Shown here in pieces: positions 61,800 through 64,000 of a stretch of 64,000 nucleotides of DNA. The stretch is from Stylophora pistillata. Taxonomy: Eukaryota. The first letter of the stretch is position 1. Every line of letters begins with the position of its first letter. Location: NCBI RefSeq assembly GCF_002571385.2, contig NW_019217784.1, positions 1,625,884 to 1,689,883 on the forward strand, written 5' to 3'. Position numbers and translations under genes: made by a program. Under the pieces are notes generated by a model. That model had not been told where the DNA came from. It saw only the letters and a program-made list of their open reading frames with translations, and did no database searches.

Positions 61800-62800
61800 C
61801 ATTAATTATGCATTCAGTCTTTACTTTCTGCCTTAGTTCTCGGTGAGTACGCCAAACGATAGGGTCACCGGTTTTTCTTGCTTCCTTGCGCCAGTAATCT
61901 CTGGTCTTCATTAGGGTGCGAATATCATCTGTGATACATAGGTTGGGTTTGTTGCCGCGTAATTTAAACGTTTTAACTGGTGCATGATCCTCAAGTATAT
62001 CGATGAACAATGAAATAAAAACGTAGAGTTTGTCCTCAACACGTCCAAAACATCCACTATCGACCATGGTGCTTGAGATATATCTTTACAAAAGGCGTTT
62101 GGCTGGTAGTGATGAAAACTACTCGCAGTAATGTACACTGGCCTACGTCGAATCTTCTTCAGTCTTAAGACTACATAGACTAGGTCATGATCGCTGATCG
62201 AAACATTCCATAACCCTCGCCTTTTGAACCAAATTTGTATCCGATGCAAGGATCCGACATCGAGAATAGATTTAGAGGTATAGGTGACTCGCGTCGGCGT
62301 GTCGATAAGTTGCGACAAATTATACGAATGGCAAAAATTCAATAATGCTCTCGCTTCAGGGTTCACACTGTTTTCAAGCCTGCAGTTCATGTCTCCCAAC
62401 AAACAAATTGGCAAATTCAACGAAGATGCATAAATAAAGTTGCCAGCAAGGTCAGAGTCAAAGAAATACAAGGGAGTATCTGGTGGTCTGTAGATTTTGC
62501 AGACGATAAACGACTTCATTTTCTTGACTTGTATTTTCAACCAAAGTTGATATGTAGGCCAGAGGTTGTAATCAGCGAAATATCGCTCAAAAACTCTGTC
62601 TCATAGGACTGTGAAATATAAGCACACACTCCGCCGCCTCGGTCTTCTCTTGGCGATCTAAGCGGTAGATGTTATATCCAGGAATTTCGACTTCGGCATC
62701 AGTTACAGAGTTATCAAGCCAGGTTTCCGATATCGCAAAAACATCAAATTCGTTAGTAACAACAGTTTCTTTGACCAGAATGCAGTGCTCCCCGTGAGCG
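61800..62800 (-). mobile_element. Decayed LINE ORF2 N-terminus (APE endonuclease domain)
   Basis: DVFAISETWL, IYRPP, LLGDMNC, LSQLIDTPTRVT..SKSILD, SDHDLVY, ILEDHAPVKT..MKTRD; frameshifted. Confidence 0.8.
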
Positions 62801-64000
62801 CCTAACCCTAAATTTCACTATCCCGCGAAACACCCACTTTGTCGTCAAAGGAAAACTCCGAACGCGTACGGTCGTCAGTTTTGAATCTTCTTTAATTAAG
62901 TACGGTTCGACTGAGAACAATCAATTATAATACTTAGAAAGGAAATCAAATGAAACGATAAAATAAATGATGGTTGAACTTACAGATATTTCCTCTGACC
63001 ACAGGGGGCCCACACAGGCGGCGTGTCTAGTCGTTTGTTCGAAATAAAACGCAAAAACGCAGCTATGTTTCATGTATAAAGGTTCCGATTATGATTCATT
63101 CTACTCAGTAAAAGAAAAAAAATTAATAACACTTAATTTTAGTCACGTGCGTTATCGTCGTGGGGATGAATGAGCCAAGCGCTTGAGTGTCTTTGTACAA
63201 AATTCGTGCAACATGCCCTGACATCCATTCCATTTTTTAGGATTTGGGTTCATTTTCCGCCATTCCGGCTTTTAGGGTCGCCCCATGTACAGGGGGCTCT
63301 ATTGTTTTTGCAATGAGGTGTACGTTGGTCTCATGGGCTCGGCCCGGGCGCACAGGTCAAATTTTTGTTTATTTTGCAAAACAATCTGTCATCAGTTCGA
63401 TGAGACATAAAAGCCCTGTGACTTTTTTTTCTGCCAAATTGTGTCAAGCCTTGTTAATCTTCAAGGGCGTCATCGTCTTGTCTCAGTAAAGGACAAATTT
63501 TTACATGCGAGCGGTCCTTCCTTTTCGGAAAAATCCGTCCCGTAATACGTCGCGGAAGCACTACGGAGATTTTGACCTTACACGGCTGAGTGGTTTTTAG
63601 GCGTCAAATTTTAATCCTAATTCGGCGTGACGAATGAGATTCGTTATCTTAATTACCAGTCAATCTTTATGTCCAAATCTGGGACCACTCTTACCTTAGC
63701 CTTCTGGTGATTTTCCCATGAGAATAAAGATAAAGACAGACCGATACGGACTCCCCGGGCGCTTCCCATTCGACCAAAAATTCCGAGATTTCCGGTCCGA
63801 AATTGAATGGAAGGGTAAAAATTCTGGGAAAAGTTTTCGAAAATTTTGGAATACGTTTTGAGTGCACCCTCTTTAATGGAATTTCCACAACTATCGAAAA
63901 TTTTGTGTTCTATTCGCAAGAGATGTCGGGTTTAGTCTACCGAGCGTGAGATCACGTGGACACTTGAAAAAACAATAATGGCGGGCGGAGGAGCGTATCA

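Overview
AT-rich, intron-containing animal DNA. The repeat families and gene structures suggest an anthozoan, probably a stony coral (inferred from pattern recognition, not a database search). I assembled the gene models by hand from GT-AG boundaries and reading-frame phase. The window holds six recognisable protein-coding genes: an intronless RING-less TRIM-NHL gene (-), SPATA5L1/AFG2B AAA ATPase (-, 7 exons), MRPL54 (+, 2 exons, not in the ORF track), Groucho/TLE (-, 21 exons including an 8-nt micro-exon), SMG5 (-, 21 exons) and an intronless PPIE/Cyp33 (+). A terminal exon of an unidentified TM plus CUE-like gene lies near 2 kb. Two gene pairs sit head-to-head (SPATA5L1/MRPL54 and SMG5/PPIE). 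About 13 kb upstream of Groucho is gene-free and poor in repeats. The introns contain many MITEs and SINEs, and 57.8-64 kb is mostly decayed LINE and Penelope-like sequence. The best candidate for an undescribed system is a set of possible NMD-autoregulatory elements in SMG5: overlapping uORFs, a candidate 12/7-nt micro-exon and a PTC-producing alternative donor. Other notable items are the Groucho micro-exon, a long RE/RD tract in Groucho and hammerhead-like Penelope-type hairpins. All regulatory interpretations need RNA data.
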